The notes under the pieces were generated by a model. It saw nothing but the letters and a program-made list of their open reading frames with translations, was not told the DNA's origin and did no database searches. The position numbers and the translations under genes were made by a program. DNA of 64,000 bases from Octopus sinensis (taxonomy: Eukaryota): positions 33,306,464 through 33,370,463 of the forward strand of contig NC_043011.1 in NCBI RefSeq assembly GCF_006345805.1. Reading direction: 5' to 3'. Below are positions 1 through 13,007 of the stretch, one piece after another; positions within the stretch are counted from its first letter, which is position 1; every line of letters starts with the position of its first letter.

Positions 1-150
1 TCTTCTATTGAAATGCACTGCCTTGGTTTCATTTAATTTAGAAAATAATAGAAAGAGAATTTAGCAAAATAACTTTACCATAATTAATCTGCTACTTGGA
101 ACATAAATTAACATGGAATTTTGATGGTAGGGTTTAACTTAGATCACTTC

Positions 151-579
151 AACCTTTTAGCATTTAGATTGCTCTGACAAATGTAATCCTTATTCATTCA
201 CATTGTTTTGACTTAATCATGCATAATCCTTCAAGATTTCAATGATGCGATTGTTTAATTTTAGAATGTCATTGTAGGGTAGGTGTGAAAGGCTAGATCT
301 GGTCAGTTTAAACATAAAATAGGTAGAATATTCAGGCTGGATGTGACCCGTTTAAATGTTAAAGGTTTGACTCTTTAGCATAGAGATTACTCTATCAAAT
401 GTAATGCTTATTTATTGAATCTATCATTATTGTATAGCTTCAAGATTTCAATGATGTAATTTTATATTTAAACAATGACATTGTATGTTAGGTTTGAGAG
501 GCCAGTTCTGGTCAGTTTGAATTTAAAACAAGTAGAATATTTGGGCCAGATATGACTGATTTAATTGCTAAAGAGTTAA
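151..579. mobile_element. Two tandem ~215-bp piggyBac-like MITEs nested in another repeat
   Basis: Units 151-367 and 369-579 are mutually similar. Each is bounded by inverted ends (aacc/actc-tttagcat ... atgttaaaggtt / ttgctaaagagtt) with TTAA-like junctions. The flank 1-150 resembles 63310-63470. Confidence 0.55.
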
Positions 580-1485
580 AACAGAAAATTTGTATGATAG
601 AACCAGAAGTGGAAGTGGTCCAGTGGGTTTGTATTAAGCAAGTTAATTATGTGAAAATGTTAAGACCTTGATTTTTTTTTTGTTTAAATTTTAGACTTTT
701 TGAGTCAAAATTGGGTTGTGTCTTTAAAATCAAGCGTCCACTATACTGCAGAGTAGGGTTCATAAACTATGTTGATCTTAATTTGTAGTTTTGGGTTGGT
801 TTTGCTTCTTGTTAAAACAGAGCTCTGACAGCTAACACATGTCAAGATACCTCCAACAAACTAATGGGGTTGGTTTCATAACATAGTCTTGTTGTGTAGC
901 AAAAGATTTGGTGTTAGCAAACAGTCAAAAGCCTAGATTGATATTTATTCACATTTTAAACACCCCCATACACTGGGATTTAAATAAATAGATAAATAAA
1001 TATATGATTACAACATTCCATTTTTCCAAGAGCCATGAGAATGAATAATCAAGAACAGCTTGGGAATTGCGAAGAAACCAACTGTTTTGATTGACATTGT
1101 AGGGCTTTAACATTTCTGCATAAAGAGACTTGAATCTGTGAGAGAATCTACGATTTATTAATTCATTTAATTTATACAGTTGTTGCTGTTATTGCTGCAG
1201 TTGCCATTTGCAGTAATTACTTTTATGCAATACAATACACCAGCATATGAGTTTGAATTTAGAAATGAGAATGGAGTGGAGAAAAATATAAAAAAAAATA
1301 AAAGAAACTCAATGTGGATAGGTGCAGATGTGGCTATGTTGAAATAAGTTTACAGGGTTCTGGGTTCAATTCCACTGCATCGCACCTTGGGTGTCTTCTA
1401 CTATAACCTCAGTCCAACCAAAGCCTTTTGAGTGGATTTGGTAGATGGAAACTGAAAGAAGTCCATCAAGTGTATAAATGTAGGA

Positions 1486-1652
1486 GGCGTAGGAGTGGCT
1501 ATGTGGTAAGTAGCTTGCTTACGAACCACATGGTTTCGGGTTCAGTCCCACTGCATGGCACCTTGGACAAGTGTCTTCTACTATAGCCTTGGGCCGACCA
1601 AAGCCTTGTGAGTGGATTTGGTAGACGGAAACTGAAAGAAGCTCATCGTATA

Positions 1653-1693
<41 letters not shown>

Positions 1694-1899
1694 ATATGTT
1701 TGTGTCTGTATTTGTCCCCCCAACATCACTTGACAACCTATGCTGGTGTGTTTCCATCCCCGTAACTTAGTGGTTTGGCAAAAGTGATCAATAGAATAAG
1801 TACTAGGCTTACAAAGAATAAGTCCTGGGGTCGATTTGATCGACTAAAGGTGGTGCTCCAGCATGGCCACCGTCAAATGACTGAAACAAGTAAAAGAGT
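1486..1899 (+). mobile_element. tRNA-derived SINE, family A (dominant SINE with internal (TA/TG)n tract)
   Basis: A-box-like tggctatgtggt, B-box-like ggttcagtccc, ccttggacaagt core, internal microsatellite, tail gaaacaagtaaaaga. More than 10 similar copies in the window. Confidence 0.85.
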
Positions 1900-2809
1900 A
1901 TGTGTGCATGTGTCTTTGTCCCCCACCACCACTTGACAACTTTTGTTGGTTTGTTTACATCCCCATAACTTATTGATTCAGCAAAAGAGACTGATGGAAT
2001 AAGAACCGGGCTTCAAAAAATATAAGTACTAGGTTTGATGCTTTTGATTAAAACCCTTCGAGGCAGCACCTCAGAATTGCCATAGTCTAAGGATGAAAAC
2101 CGGTAAAATTTAAAAGATTCATGGTAATCATTTATTTGAAATTATGGTTTCTTCCCCTGGTTTTGTGTTTCTGTTCTGTGCATTCTTGACTTGCAGTGGC
2201 AGAATTGTCAGCATGTGAGACAAAATGCTTGGTAGTATTCCTTCTGATACATTACATTCCTGCCAAGTTCATGTTTGGCTTTCCTCCTTTCAAGGTCAGT
2301 AAAATAAAGATACCATTCAAGTACTAAGATCAATGGAATCAACTAATCTTCACCCCTTAAAATTGCCGGCCTTGTACCAAAATGTGAAACTATTTTTTTT
2401 GTTCACTTCAGATCAGGTTTGATCAAGTGGACCCGTAATTAGACACTTCAACCATGACCAACCTCTCATTTTTTTTTTCTTCAGACATAGTGATTCCTGG
2501 ACCATATTAGCCAAACTGTTCCTCCTCTTGTATGACAATGGGTGATATTTGAGGAAAATTTGATTGCTATTTCCTGCAGGTGGTTGTTGCTGTTAGCCAC
2601 AATCTAGCTGATCAAACATGCATATGATCAGAGACGGTGTAGTTGTGACCATCACATTTTATTTATCTAGAACCACCTCATCTAATCTGATCACCCCTTC
2701 CTGTTTTTTTTTTAAGACAGAAGGGTGGTATATATTATGGGTACCAGCAACAAGATACTCAGTTACAATTTGTGAAGGTTTAGTTTCCAGTAAAATATTA
2801 GTGTGTGTA

Positions 2810-2852
<43 letters not shown>

Positions 2853-2855
<3 letters not shown>

Positions 2856-3045
2856 TGGAGAATTCATAAAAAAAAATCCCAAAAGACGAAGACAGTTGGA
2901 GTAGAAAACAAACAGATGTATTAGTATAATGCTCAGGAAGTGAAAAAGTCTTTAGCGTGTCGAGTCTGCGCTCTTCCACAGAAAGGAACATAGAAAGAAA
3001 CAAGGAGAGAAAATAAAGAATGTGTAGTGGCTAGCGATCTATCAT
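2853..3045 (-). mobile_element. Short PLE-like terminal (pLTR) fragment with degenerate hammerhead (U6 family)
   Basis: Flanked by (TA)n. Minus strand reads cttt CTGTGGA A gagc gcag actc GACAC GCT aaag. Homologous to 34558-34790 and 37903-38015. Confidence 0.55.
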
Positions 3046-3252
3046 ACATATATATATATATTTACACAGGTGTATGTATATCCATGTTTTATTTGCATAC
3101 ATTTCTATGTACACTAATGTTTGCATATGTATGCATATAGATGTATATACATATGTATGTATGTATGTTTGTAAGTATGTGTGTGGATGAATGTATATCT
3201 ATTAATATACACGTATGTTTATGTATATGCATACATATGTATACGTATCTTC

Positions 3253-3320
<68 letters not shown>

Positions 3321-3341
3321 ATATGCACATGTGAATACATA

Positions 3342-3372
<31 letters not shown>

Positions 3373-3987
3373 GTATGTGCATTTGTATGTTTGTATGTGT
3401 ATGTTAACATATGTATGTGTGTGTATATATATATATATATACCTGCGTGTGTGTACCTGCGTTCAAAAGAGGACAGTGGTTGCTGTATAGCAACTAGCTT
3501 GAGAAATGCTTATGCAACGACTTGTGCAACTGCAACTATAATTAAAACACCACTGCAACAACAGCAATGACAACAACAACAACAAGTATTAACGATATTG
3601 CATCACTGTAGCTTAATCTCTAATCATCTACCTGTCTCTACAGCGTCAATTATATACACTCCAGGAAATTGTGTTGGGTGAGTAAATTTTCTTCAGTTGA
3701 TTAGTGGTGGCGGTGGAGGTGGTGGTGATAATGCAGGTAGAGTATGATATGATGGAGGTGATTACATTTGTGTATGTATTTGTGTGTATGCATGCATACG
3801 TAGATATACGCATGCAATACACAGCAGCTATAGCAGTTATAGTGACGGCAATAGCAATATGATTGGTGGTTGTGGTGGTGGTGGTTGATGTATGTTCAAA
3901 AGCATCCCAGCCATGCCTATCCTGTCTGTAACTATGACTACGCTATCTGATGTGTCTACTTTTTGTTTTTGTTGTTTCTTTTTAGAT

Positions 3988-4260
3988 GTGTGTGATTTGG
4001 GAGAGTTTGATTGCTAATTCTAGCAAACGGAGTGACCATGTAGAGCAGGTATCAAGGAATCGTGTGATTTGAGAGAGATTTGGCTGCTATTTCTTGAAGA
4101 CTGAGTGACAATTTAGAGCAGGTATCAAGGAATCATGTGTGATTTGAGAGAGATTTGGCTGTTATTTCTAGAAAACTGAATGACAATTTAGAGCAGATAT
4201 TAGGGAACCATGTGTGATTTGGCTGCTATTTCTAGCAGACTGAGCGACCATGTAGAGCAT
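3988..4260 (+). repeat. Tandem repeat, ~71-75-bp unit x ~4
   Basis: gtgtgatttg...gatttggctgctatttctag...tagagcag recurs at about 3991, 4062, 4137 and 4212. The unit matches a SINE-tail-like motif dispersed in the window. Confidence 0.75.
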
Positions 4261-4648
4261 GTTTGAGTGGAATGTTTTTAGTACAGAACCAGGAACAAAT
4301 TGTAAATGTGTAAGAATTTTGTAGGTCTTTATCTGTGGTGAGAAAAATAATGAATTTTTAATTTTACTAATTCACTGGGATGAAACTTATAAATATCATT
4401 GTGTCGCCATTTGTTTATGCAATTATAATTACGGAACGAACTCAAAGACATAATCTGTTATACGCAACATTTATATTATTTGTAAGACAATTGACTGATA
4501 AACTATGGAATGGCATCGAAGACATAATCTATATATCTTTTCCATAAAACATTTGGTTGGTAAAATAAATATTTTAAAGTGTGATCTATGTATTATTATT
4601 TTTATTAATCTATTTATTGAACTGTTAAATGGGCAGACCATTTGAAAC

Positions 4649-4768
4649 TCTAGATTGTTCTGTAATAAATAAATAAATAAATAAAAACTCTTACAAGGTC
4701 ATGTGAATACATGACTTTGTAAGAGTTTTTATTTATTTATTTATTTATTTATTACAGAACAATCTAGA
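4649..4768. repeat. Near-perfect palindrome/hairpin (~58-bp arms)
   Basis: tctagattgttctgtaataaat...aaggtcatgt gaat acatgacttt...attacagaacaatctaga. Confidence 0.85.
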
Positions 4769-4989
4769 AAAATTTTTATTTATCATTTTAGCCAGTCTAT
4801 TTAAATGTAATCCCTATTATTTGAAGTCTGCTTGATGACTGTCAATACACAAAACTCTCGGTCCTTGAGTCACTCTATAACTACTGTTCTGAGTTCTGTT
4901 TTCCTGTTTCTATCACCAAAACTCTGTATGTGTGGGCACACATGATTGCATGTGTGTGTGTGTGTGTGTGTTGTGTGTGTGTGTGTATG

Positions 4990-5037
<48 letters not shown>

Positions 5038-5198
5038 GTTAGGAAGGGCATCCAGGGCATCCAGCCGTAGAAACACTGCCAGATCTGACTGGGCCTGACG
5101 AAGCCTTCCAGCTTCACAGACCCCAGTTGAACCGTCCAACCCATGCTAGCATGGAAAGCGGACGCTAATTGATGATGATGGTGATATATATATATATA

Positions 5199-5580
5199 TG
5201 GGAGTGCTGGAAAGTTCTTAGTTTTCGGTAAAAGAGAATACAGGAGAATCAGTCAGTTATGATTTAATTCAGCATATTCCCTGTCTCAGATTCACACACT
5301 TATTGCAGTGGTCTTTCACTATATCTAAGCCCTTTAAAAGAACTTGTATGGTTGGGCTTCTAACCAGGCCTTTCATGATAGCCCTAAAGCTAGGAACTTT
5401 ACAGCACTCTCTTGTGTGTGTATTTGTACATTCTTACATGGGAGCGTGTGGTTTGGGGTGTTGCATTCTTGGTTGCAAGATCTTGGTTTTTATCCCTAAA
5501 CTGGAGATGATGTGTTTTTTGGGTTTTTTTTCAACAAAACACTTCTTTTCACAAAGCTCTGTGATCACTTCAACTTCTAA
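5199..5580. mobile_element. Probable mariner-type non-autonomous relic
   Basis: Begins next to (TA)n with gggagtgctggaaagttct, resembling a mariner TIR. No transposase recognised. Confidence 0.3.
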
Positions 5581-6964
5581 CATGTGGCTGGCACACCATG
5601 CATCTGTTGAAGCAACATTGATTTGACAGAGGCAGTGAACTAATGCACAGTGCAAACATTTGATCACTATAAACAAACCATCTGTGCTGGTTGTTCAACA
5701 AGAAATTTCAGAACCCTCATCTGTTGTCAACAACACAGTCCACCATATCATCATCATCATTTAACATCCGCTTTCCATGCTAGCATGGGTTGGATGATTT
5801 GACAGGTCTGGCGAACCAGACTCCAATCTGATCTGGCAGAGTTTCTACAGCTGGATGCCCTTCCTAACGCTTCAGTTTACTCAACTGTAGAAATGAGTTG
5901 TAACATCACTGGTGCCAAGTTGTATCATCCTTTGCCTTTCCTTTGGCAACATTGGTGGCATGGAGATGGGACACTGGTATGCATGGGTAACTGCATGTCT
6001 TCCATAAGCAAACCTGCCCAGACTTGTGCTTCAGAGGGAATCTTTCTAGGTGCAATTCCATGGTCATTCAGGACTGAAGGGTGTCTTTACTCTTTTAACC
6101 TATAAATATAGTTTTTAATCCATAGCTCAAATGTTGTAGCTATTGTGCTTTGTTCACTAGAACTTCAGGTTCAAGTCCAACCACATATTTTTCTCTGATA
6201 TGAAAGTAAGGATGTTATACAAAATATTAAGATATGTTAATCCCAGTCAAACCATCCAATCCATGCCAGCATGGACAACGGATGTTAAATGATGATGATG
6301 ATGGTGATGATGAAAGCATATCCATATATGTCATATCAAAGCAGAATACTATTATAAATATGCTATATCTTCAATTTCCTTCCATAGTTAAGACTGTTTA
6401 AAATGTTTGCTCACAACAATTTTCTGCTGCAAGCTAAAGGACAAAAAAATTGAGACCCCCAAAAATTGAGACATTGATGAAATGATAAGAGTGTCTGATA
6501 CAACAATGGATTCAAAAGAGGAGCTTCCAGTACCTCTGAGTAGTTCTTGTAGTTTCTGCACGGAACGATGCCTCTCAATGTTTAATCTTGATATATTATG
6601 TCTTTGGTTTTCTTCCCCTGATTGGTAGGCTAGTCTGTCACAGGGTTACCCACTTACGGTTGTCTAGACTGGAGCAACATGAAATAAAGTTATTTGCTCA
6701 GGAACATAATGTTCCACTAGGTCTGGAAATTGAACCTGTGATCTAGTAATTGTGAGCTCAACACCCTATCTACTTGGCCATGCATCTTTACATAGAAATA
6801 CACACACACACACACACACACACATACAATATTTTGAAGAGGTCATGGGCCAACAAGTTTATTTGGATCTGACGATACACCATAAAGCTAAACCTTTTAT
6901 GGACGGGAAACCTAAGGTGATCCCATAAACCAGCCTTCCCCATTTTTGATATATATATATATAA

Positions 6965-7745
6965 GAAGCATCAGATGTGGTGTGCAAGAGAGACAACTGT
7001 GCTGGCATGGTAATGTGCTATGAATGGATGAGGACAGCTGTGTGAAAAAGTGTCACACCGTAGCAGTTGAGGGAACCTGTGGAAGAGGTAGACTCAGGAA
7101 GACCTGGAATGAGGTGGTGAAGCACGACATTCAAACATTGGGCCTCACTGAGGCAATGATAAGTGAGCAAGACCTTAGGAGATAATCTGTGCTTGAGAAA
7201 ACCCAGGAAGCCAAGTGAGACCGTAATCATGGCCTATGCCAGTGCTGTATAACCAGCCCCTTTAAGAGTATCCTTCAATCAATGGACAATAAACTATGCT
7301 TGCAAGGATCTGTTGAGGCAAGTGAAATCACTGTTGTGGCCAATGATGGTACTACCTAATTGGCACCTGTGTCAGTGGAATGTGTGATCGTTACCAGGGC
7401 TGCTGACTGGCTCCCATGCTGATGGCACATAAAAAAATACCATTCGAGCATGGTTGTTGCCAGTGCCGCTGGACTGGCTCCTGTGCAGATGGCATGTAAA
7501 AAGCACCATCTGAGTGTGGCTGATGCCAGTACCGCCTGGCTGGCCCTCATGCCAGTGGCATGTAAAAGCACCCACTACCCTCTTGGAGTGATTGGTGTTA
7601 GGAAGGGCATCCAGCTGTAGAAACTTTGCCAGATCAGATTGGAGACTGGTGCAGGCTTCTGGCTCGCCAGCCCTCAGACAAACCATCCAACCCATGCCAG
7701 CATGGAAAGCTGACGTTAAACGATGATGATGATGATGATGATGAT
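6965..7745 (+). mobile_element. 3' fragment of RTE-clade LINE with (GAT)n tail
   Basis: Encodes the RTE C-terminal motif GTCGRGRLRKTWNEVVK. The 3' end ggtgttaggaagggcatccagctgtagaaac...catggaaagc ends in (GAT)n. Confidence 0.75.
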
Positions 7746-8779
7746 CAATATCAAACCTCAAGCATCTCTCTATACATGTATGTGTGCATTGTTTTATTTG
7801 CAATATGGAGATAACTTTAATTTTCTCTTCTTTTCCTTGTTTCATTTCTTCTCTCTCTATCTTTCCCCTTTCTCTCCTTCCATAGTCTCATCCTGTACAT
7901 GTCTGTTATGAACTGCTGCATCAGTTTATTGATAGCTTTGATGCAATAGCTACTAACTAGGCTTTAGTAACAAGTGAATTTATATCAATTGCCTTCATCA
8001 ATTAAATAAAAAGAGAAATAAAGGTAGAGAGAGATGTGTAAAGGAAGTTAGAAAGGAATGTGAGAAGAGAGAAATGAAGTGACAGCAGAATGGTAAGAAT
8101 TCAAAGGAGGATTGTAAAGAAAAAAAAAAAAACGAGGGGGAAATGAGAACTAAAACTGTCAATGTTTTCTTAAGCATTCCTTTTAAATCATCATGTTTGG
8201 ACATAGTGTATGTGTGTGTGCATGTGATCATCAGTCAGGTTTTGTTCTTGTTGCTGTTGTTATCTTTTGAACTGCACAAACATCACACTTCAGTTTATCA
8301 TCATTATCATTGCAGTTATCATTGTCACCAATTTCATGTTGTGCCATCACCACCATTGTTGATATTAATCTCATTGTTATCTCACACACACAGAATAGAT
8401 CAGATTGCAGACTGGTGCAGCCTTCTGGCTCGCCAGCCCTCAGTCAAACTGTCATGCTCAAATGGTGCTTTTAACGTTCCACTGGCATGGGTGCCAATTA
8501 GGCGGTACCATCATCAGCCACAATAGTTATTTCACATGGTTCAACAGGTCTTTGCAAACACAGTTTATTGTCCATTGATTGAAGGGTACTCTTAAATGGG
8601 CCCAAGAAGTTTGCTTTTCTACCACATGGTTCTAGGTTCAGTCCCACTGTGTGGAACGTTGGGCAAGTATCTTTTACTATGACCTTGGGCTGTCTCAAAA
8701 TTTGAGAGTGGATTTGGATGACAGAAATTGAAAGAAGCCCATCATGTATATATATATATATATATATATATATCTTTTT

Positions 8780-9160
8780 TTATTCTTTTACTTAGTCATT
8801 TGACTGCAGCCATGCAGGAGCACCGCCTTCAGTCAAACAAATCGACCCCAGGACTTATTCTTTGTAAGTTTAGTACTTATTGTATCAGTCTCTTTTGCTG
8901 AACCGCTAAGTTAAAGGTACATAAACCAACGTGGGTTGTCAAGCAATGGCAGGGGGGGGGGACAAACACAGACACACAAATATATACAAGCATATATATA
9001 TAATATACAACGAGCCTCTTTCAGTTTCTGTCTACCAAATCCATTCTCAAGGCTTTGGTTGGCCTGAGACTATGGTAGAAGACACTTGCCCAAGGTGCCA
9101 CACAGTGGGACTGAACCCAGAACCGTGTGGTTGGGAAACAAGTTTGTTATCACACAGTCT
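8780..9160 (-). mobile_element. SINE family A
   Basis: Reverse complement of the family at 1486-1899. Confidence 0.8.
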
Positions 9161-9179
9161 CTCATATATATATATATAT

Positions 9180-9945
9180 CATTATCATCATTGTTTAATG
9201 TCTGCTTTCCATGCCGGCATAGGTTGGACAGCTTGATTGAGGGATGGCAAGCCAAGTGGTTGCACCAGGCTCCAATCTGATCTGGCAAGGTTTCTACAGC
9301 TGGATGCCCTTCCTTATGCCAACCACTCCAAGAGTGTAGTGGGTGCTTTTTACATGCCACTGACGTGTGGGCCAGTGAGATGGCACTGGCATTGACCACA
9401 CTCAAATGGTACTTTTTATGTGCCACTGGCACAGGTACCAGTCAGGTGGCACTGGCATTGGCATTGGCCATGACTACAATTTCACTAAACAGGTCTTCTC
9501 AAGCACAGCATATCGCCCAACGATTGAAGGGTACTTTTAAATGAACCAGTCATGTGACACTGACATCAGCCACAGCTACAATCTCACTTGACTTGCTGGG
9601 TCTCCTCAATCACTGCATATCTCCAAAGGTCTCAGCCGCTTGTCATTGCCTCGGTGATGCCCAACGTTTGAAGGTCCTGCTTCACCACCTCATCCCATGT
9701 CTTCCTGGGTCTACCTCTTCCACAGGTTCCTCCCACTGTTAGGTTGTGACATTTCGTCACACAACTGTCCTCATCTATATGCAATGCATGACCAGTGCAG
9801 TTGTCTCTCTTGCTCACCGCATCTGATACTTCTTATGTCCAACTTTTCTCTCAGGGCACTTACACTCTGTCGTGTATGCACACTGACATTACACATCCAG
9901 CAGAGCATAGTAGCTTCATTTCTTTCTATTCTATGCATGTCCACA
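9180..9945 (-). mobile_element. 3' fragment of RTE-clade LINE
   Basis: Minus-strand ORFs 9632-9817 (GTCGRGRPRKTWDEVVK) and 9771-9953 (IERNEATMLCWM). Same family as 6965-7745, inverted. Confidence 0.75.
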
Positions 9946-10231
9946 GTAGTCACAGTCCATGTTTCACTGCCTGTGTTTATTCTCCACCACTGCTTGACAG
10001 TCAGTTTTGCATTTTACATTTTGGTAACTTAAAAGTTTAGCAAAAGAGATTAATAGAATAAGCATCAGACCAAGAAAAATATATACTTGGATTGATGCAT
10101 TTAACTCAAATTCTTTGTGGCAGTGCCCCACCATGGCTGCAATCTAATGACTGACATTAGTGAAAGATAGTCATCACATCTACTTTCCCATGTTTGCATG
10201 GGTCAGATTAGACCATTACATTACACTTTAC

Positions 10232-10419
10232 TCTTTTACTTGTTTCAGTCATTTGACTGTGGCCATGCTGAAGCACCACCTTTAGTCGAGCAAATCAACC
10301 CCAGGACTTATTCTTTGTCTATCGGTCTCTTTTGCCAAACCACTAAGTTACGGGGACGTATACACACCAGCATCGGTTGTCAAGCAATGTTAGGGGGACA
10401 AACACAGACACAAACATAT

Positions 10420-10452
<33 letters not shown>

Positions 10453-10795
10453 GTCAACACACAAGACAGCTATTATGCTGTCCCCAACAAAAAACCACCA
10501 TGTGGATTCTGTTGAGACTAGTTAGAAACAATTATGAACTTTTTTATTACACTTAACTTTTAAAAATTATTTTTGATAAGGTTCGTTTTTCAAGAAGAAC
10601 CGAAACATATAAAATTTCTAAGAAAATTAAAATTTATCTTATATAGTGGCATTTTCAAACTTCTTTTTTATAAATATATATATATATATATACGACGGGG
10701 TTCTTTCAGTTTCTGTCTACCAAATCCACTCACAAGGCTTTGGTCAGCCCGAGGCTATAGTAGAAGACATTTGCCCAAGGTCCACGCAATGGGAT
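10232..10795 (-). mobile_element. SINE family A, interrupted in its internal (TA)n by a ~220-bp insert (10453-10675)
   Basis: SINE tail half at 10232-10450 and head half at 10690-10795 are collinear with intact copies. Confidence 0.8.
10569..10615 (+). ncRNA. Minimal hammerhead ribozyme-like motif, U3-A8 variant (degenerate)
   Basis: attt TTGATAA ggttc...gaacc GAAA cat ATA aaat. Stem I attt/aaat, stem II ggttc/gaacc. Stem III is one change from the palindrome ACATGT. Confidence 0.6.
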
Positions 10796-11227
10796 TGATT
10801 AGATTTGTGTTTTTTTCTTTTTTACGGCAGGATGCTCTTCTTGGTAACTGTTGGTAAGCAAGGTTATAAATTCCCTGTATTGTCATGTAACAAACAGATC
10901 AAACATAGTTATGTGGAGGACTGGAGACAAATGATACCATTTGAATGTGCATTTTATTTTCAAAAGATTGTACATGTCAAGACATGTCAAGAAGCTAGGA
11001 TATGTTTCTGTGATGGACTGAAAACGGACAAATACAGCATGAATGGAAAGTGATGACTTTGTTTACAAACAGCAAACATGTGTGAAAGTGGAAAAACATA
11101 AACTCACACGAACACACACTTGTACACGAAAACACATTTGCATGCATACACACTCACAAATATACCTCGATCTATCGATCTATCGATCTATCTATCTATC
11201 TATCTATCATCTAACTATCTATCTATC

Positions 11228-11279
<52 letters not shown>

Positions 11280-11281
<2 letters not shown>

Positions 11282-13007
11282 CACCCAAAAGAGTTACCAA
11301 CGAAATCTCCGTCCCATCAACCGGTTAAACAACCATGCACAACAAACCCACACCACTTACAATGATTACCAACGAAGGCCTCCTAGAACACCACACCCGA
11401 ATATGGGATATCGGGATGCTCTCCTCAATACTCCTCCAAGAACACACACCATAATCACAACAGGAGACCCCACATCAACAAAGAACAACTATATAACAGC
11501 TACCGTCCCAACCACCGCATTCATTTTTAGACCCAATACGCAAACACAGAGACACAAGAGAGCACCAAACAAGCAGGAGGAACCAAAAGTAATAAAAATT
11601 ATCAATCTAACTCACAAGGAACTAACAGCAAACCAAATAAACATACTTTCCAAAGGACTCAAGTTTACACCCACCCCACAACACCCCAACTACAATGAAA
11701 TGAAAGAAGACATCGCAGAATTCTGCAGAAAATTAAGACTTACTGAGGAGCTATACGATAAATACAACGAGGACGAATCGTTAGCCAGAAATAGGAGTAA
11801 CTACACCCCCTCGAAAGGTAAGAATAAAACACTTGATGATTTCTGTGACCACATATCTAATTACCCATATCAACATATGCACAAACAAAAACACAAACCA
11901 AACTTCAGCAAAAAAGAATGGGCTGAGTTGAACAAATTAAAACAAGATAGAACAATAACAATCAAAGAGGCCGATAAAGGGAGTGCTGTTGTCTTAATGG
12001 ATACGACTTTTTACATAACTTTGGTTCTTTCTATGCTGGAAGACACAACATACTATGAAAAGGCACAAAACTACAGTCAACAAAAAATAATGAGGGAACT
12101 AAAATCCATATTTAACCCATACAAAGCAGGGCTCACCGACAAAGAATATGATTATATGACCAATTTCACAAGTAAAACTAGCCAATTCTACGGTATACCT
12201 AAGATCCACAAAAGTGAAAAAATAAGCAACGCATGCAAGATAGCCACAGACAAAATAATTAAAGTCCCTAATCCTAATGACCTCAAATTGAGACCCATAA
12301 TAGCAGGTCCCGCATGCGAAACCCACCGCCTCAGTAACTTTTTAGACACCCTGTTAAAACCACTCCTCAAACATGTCAAAAGCTATATAAGGGACGACTT
12401 AGATATGCTCAATCACCTACCGAATACTATAAACCAAAACACCATACTGGTATCCTTCGATGTAGTCAACCTCTACTCCAATATCCCCCACAACCTAGGA
12501 CTAGAGGCAATCCAATTCTGGCTAGAGAATCACGCCAACGAACTACCACACCGCATCAAAAAAGAATTCGTGATAGAAGGGGTTAAATTCATCCTGGAAA
12601 ATAACTTCTTTGCCTTCAATGACAACTTCTACCGACAAAAATCGGGGACTGCGATGGGTACACGAATGGCCCCCTCCTTTGCCAACCTAGTCATAGGATA
12701 CCTAGAGATCAGTCTGTATCGTAAGGTTCTAGAAAGATATGGCAGCCCTTTCTCCATCTACATAGAAAACAACTGGAAGAGATATCTAGATGACTGTTTC
12801 ATTCTTTGGCATAAAAATATAGAAAAACTCATAGAATTCCAGGAAATTTTAAATGGGCTGGACGTAAACATCCAATTCACGATGGAATATAGCCAGCAAC
12901 AACTTCCCTTCCTCGATATCCTCATTAAGAAAGCTAATAATATAATAGAAACAGACATATACTATAAGCCTACAGACTCTAAGCAATATCTTCCATTCAA
13001 TTCATGA
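11280..13007 (+). CDS. Penelope-like reverse transcriptase (the ORF caller's start at 11043 runs through microsatellite and is not part of the element)
   Basis: PLE RT motifs GLKFTPTP, IKEADKGSAVV, FYGIPKIHK, LRPIIAG, LVSFDVVNLYSNIP, GTAMGTRMAPSFANL, RYLDDCF, LPFLDI, IYYKPT. Confidence 0.92.

Noticed and set aside
1486-1560. tRNA genes at SINE heads
   Set aside because: A/B-box-like motifs continue into SINE bodies, and no complete cloverleaf was found.
3988-4260. CRISPR-like array (also considered for 18475-18700 and 32510-32650)
   Set aside because: The units are contiguous degenerate repeats without unique spacers, in a eukaryotic context with no cas genes.
11043-11279. N-terminal 79 codons of the 654-aa ORF
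   Set aside because: They read through flanking DNA and (TCTA)n/(TA)n. The element starts after the TA tract.
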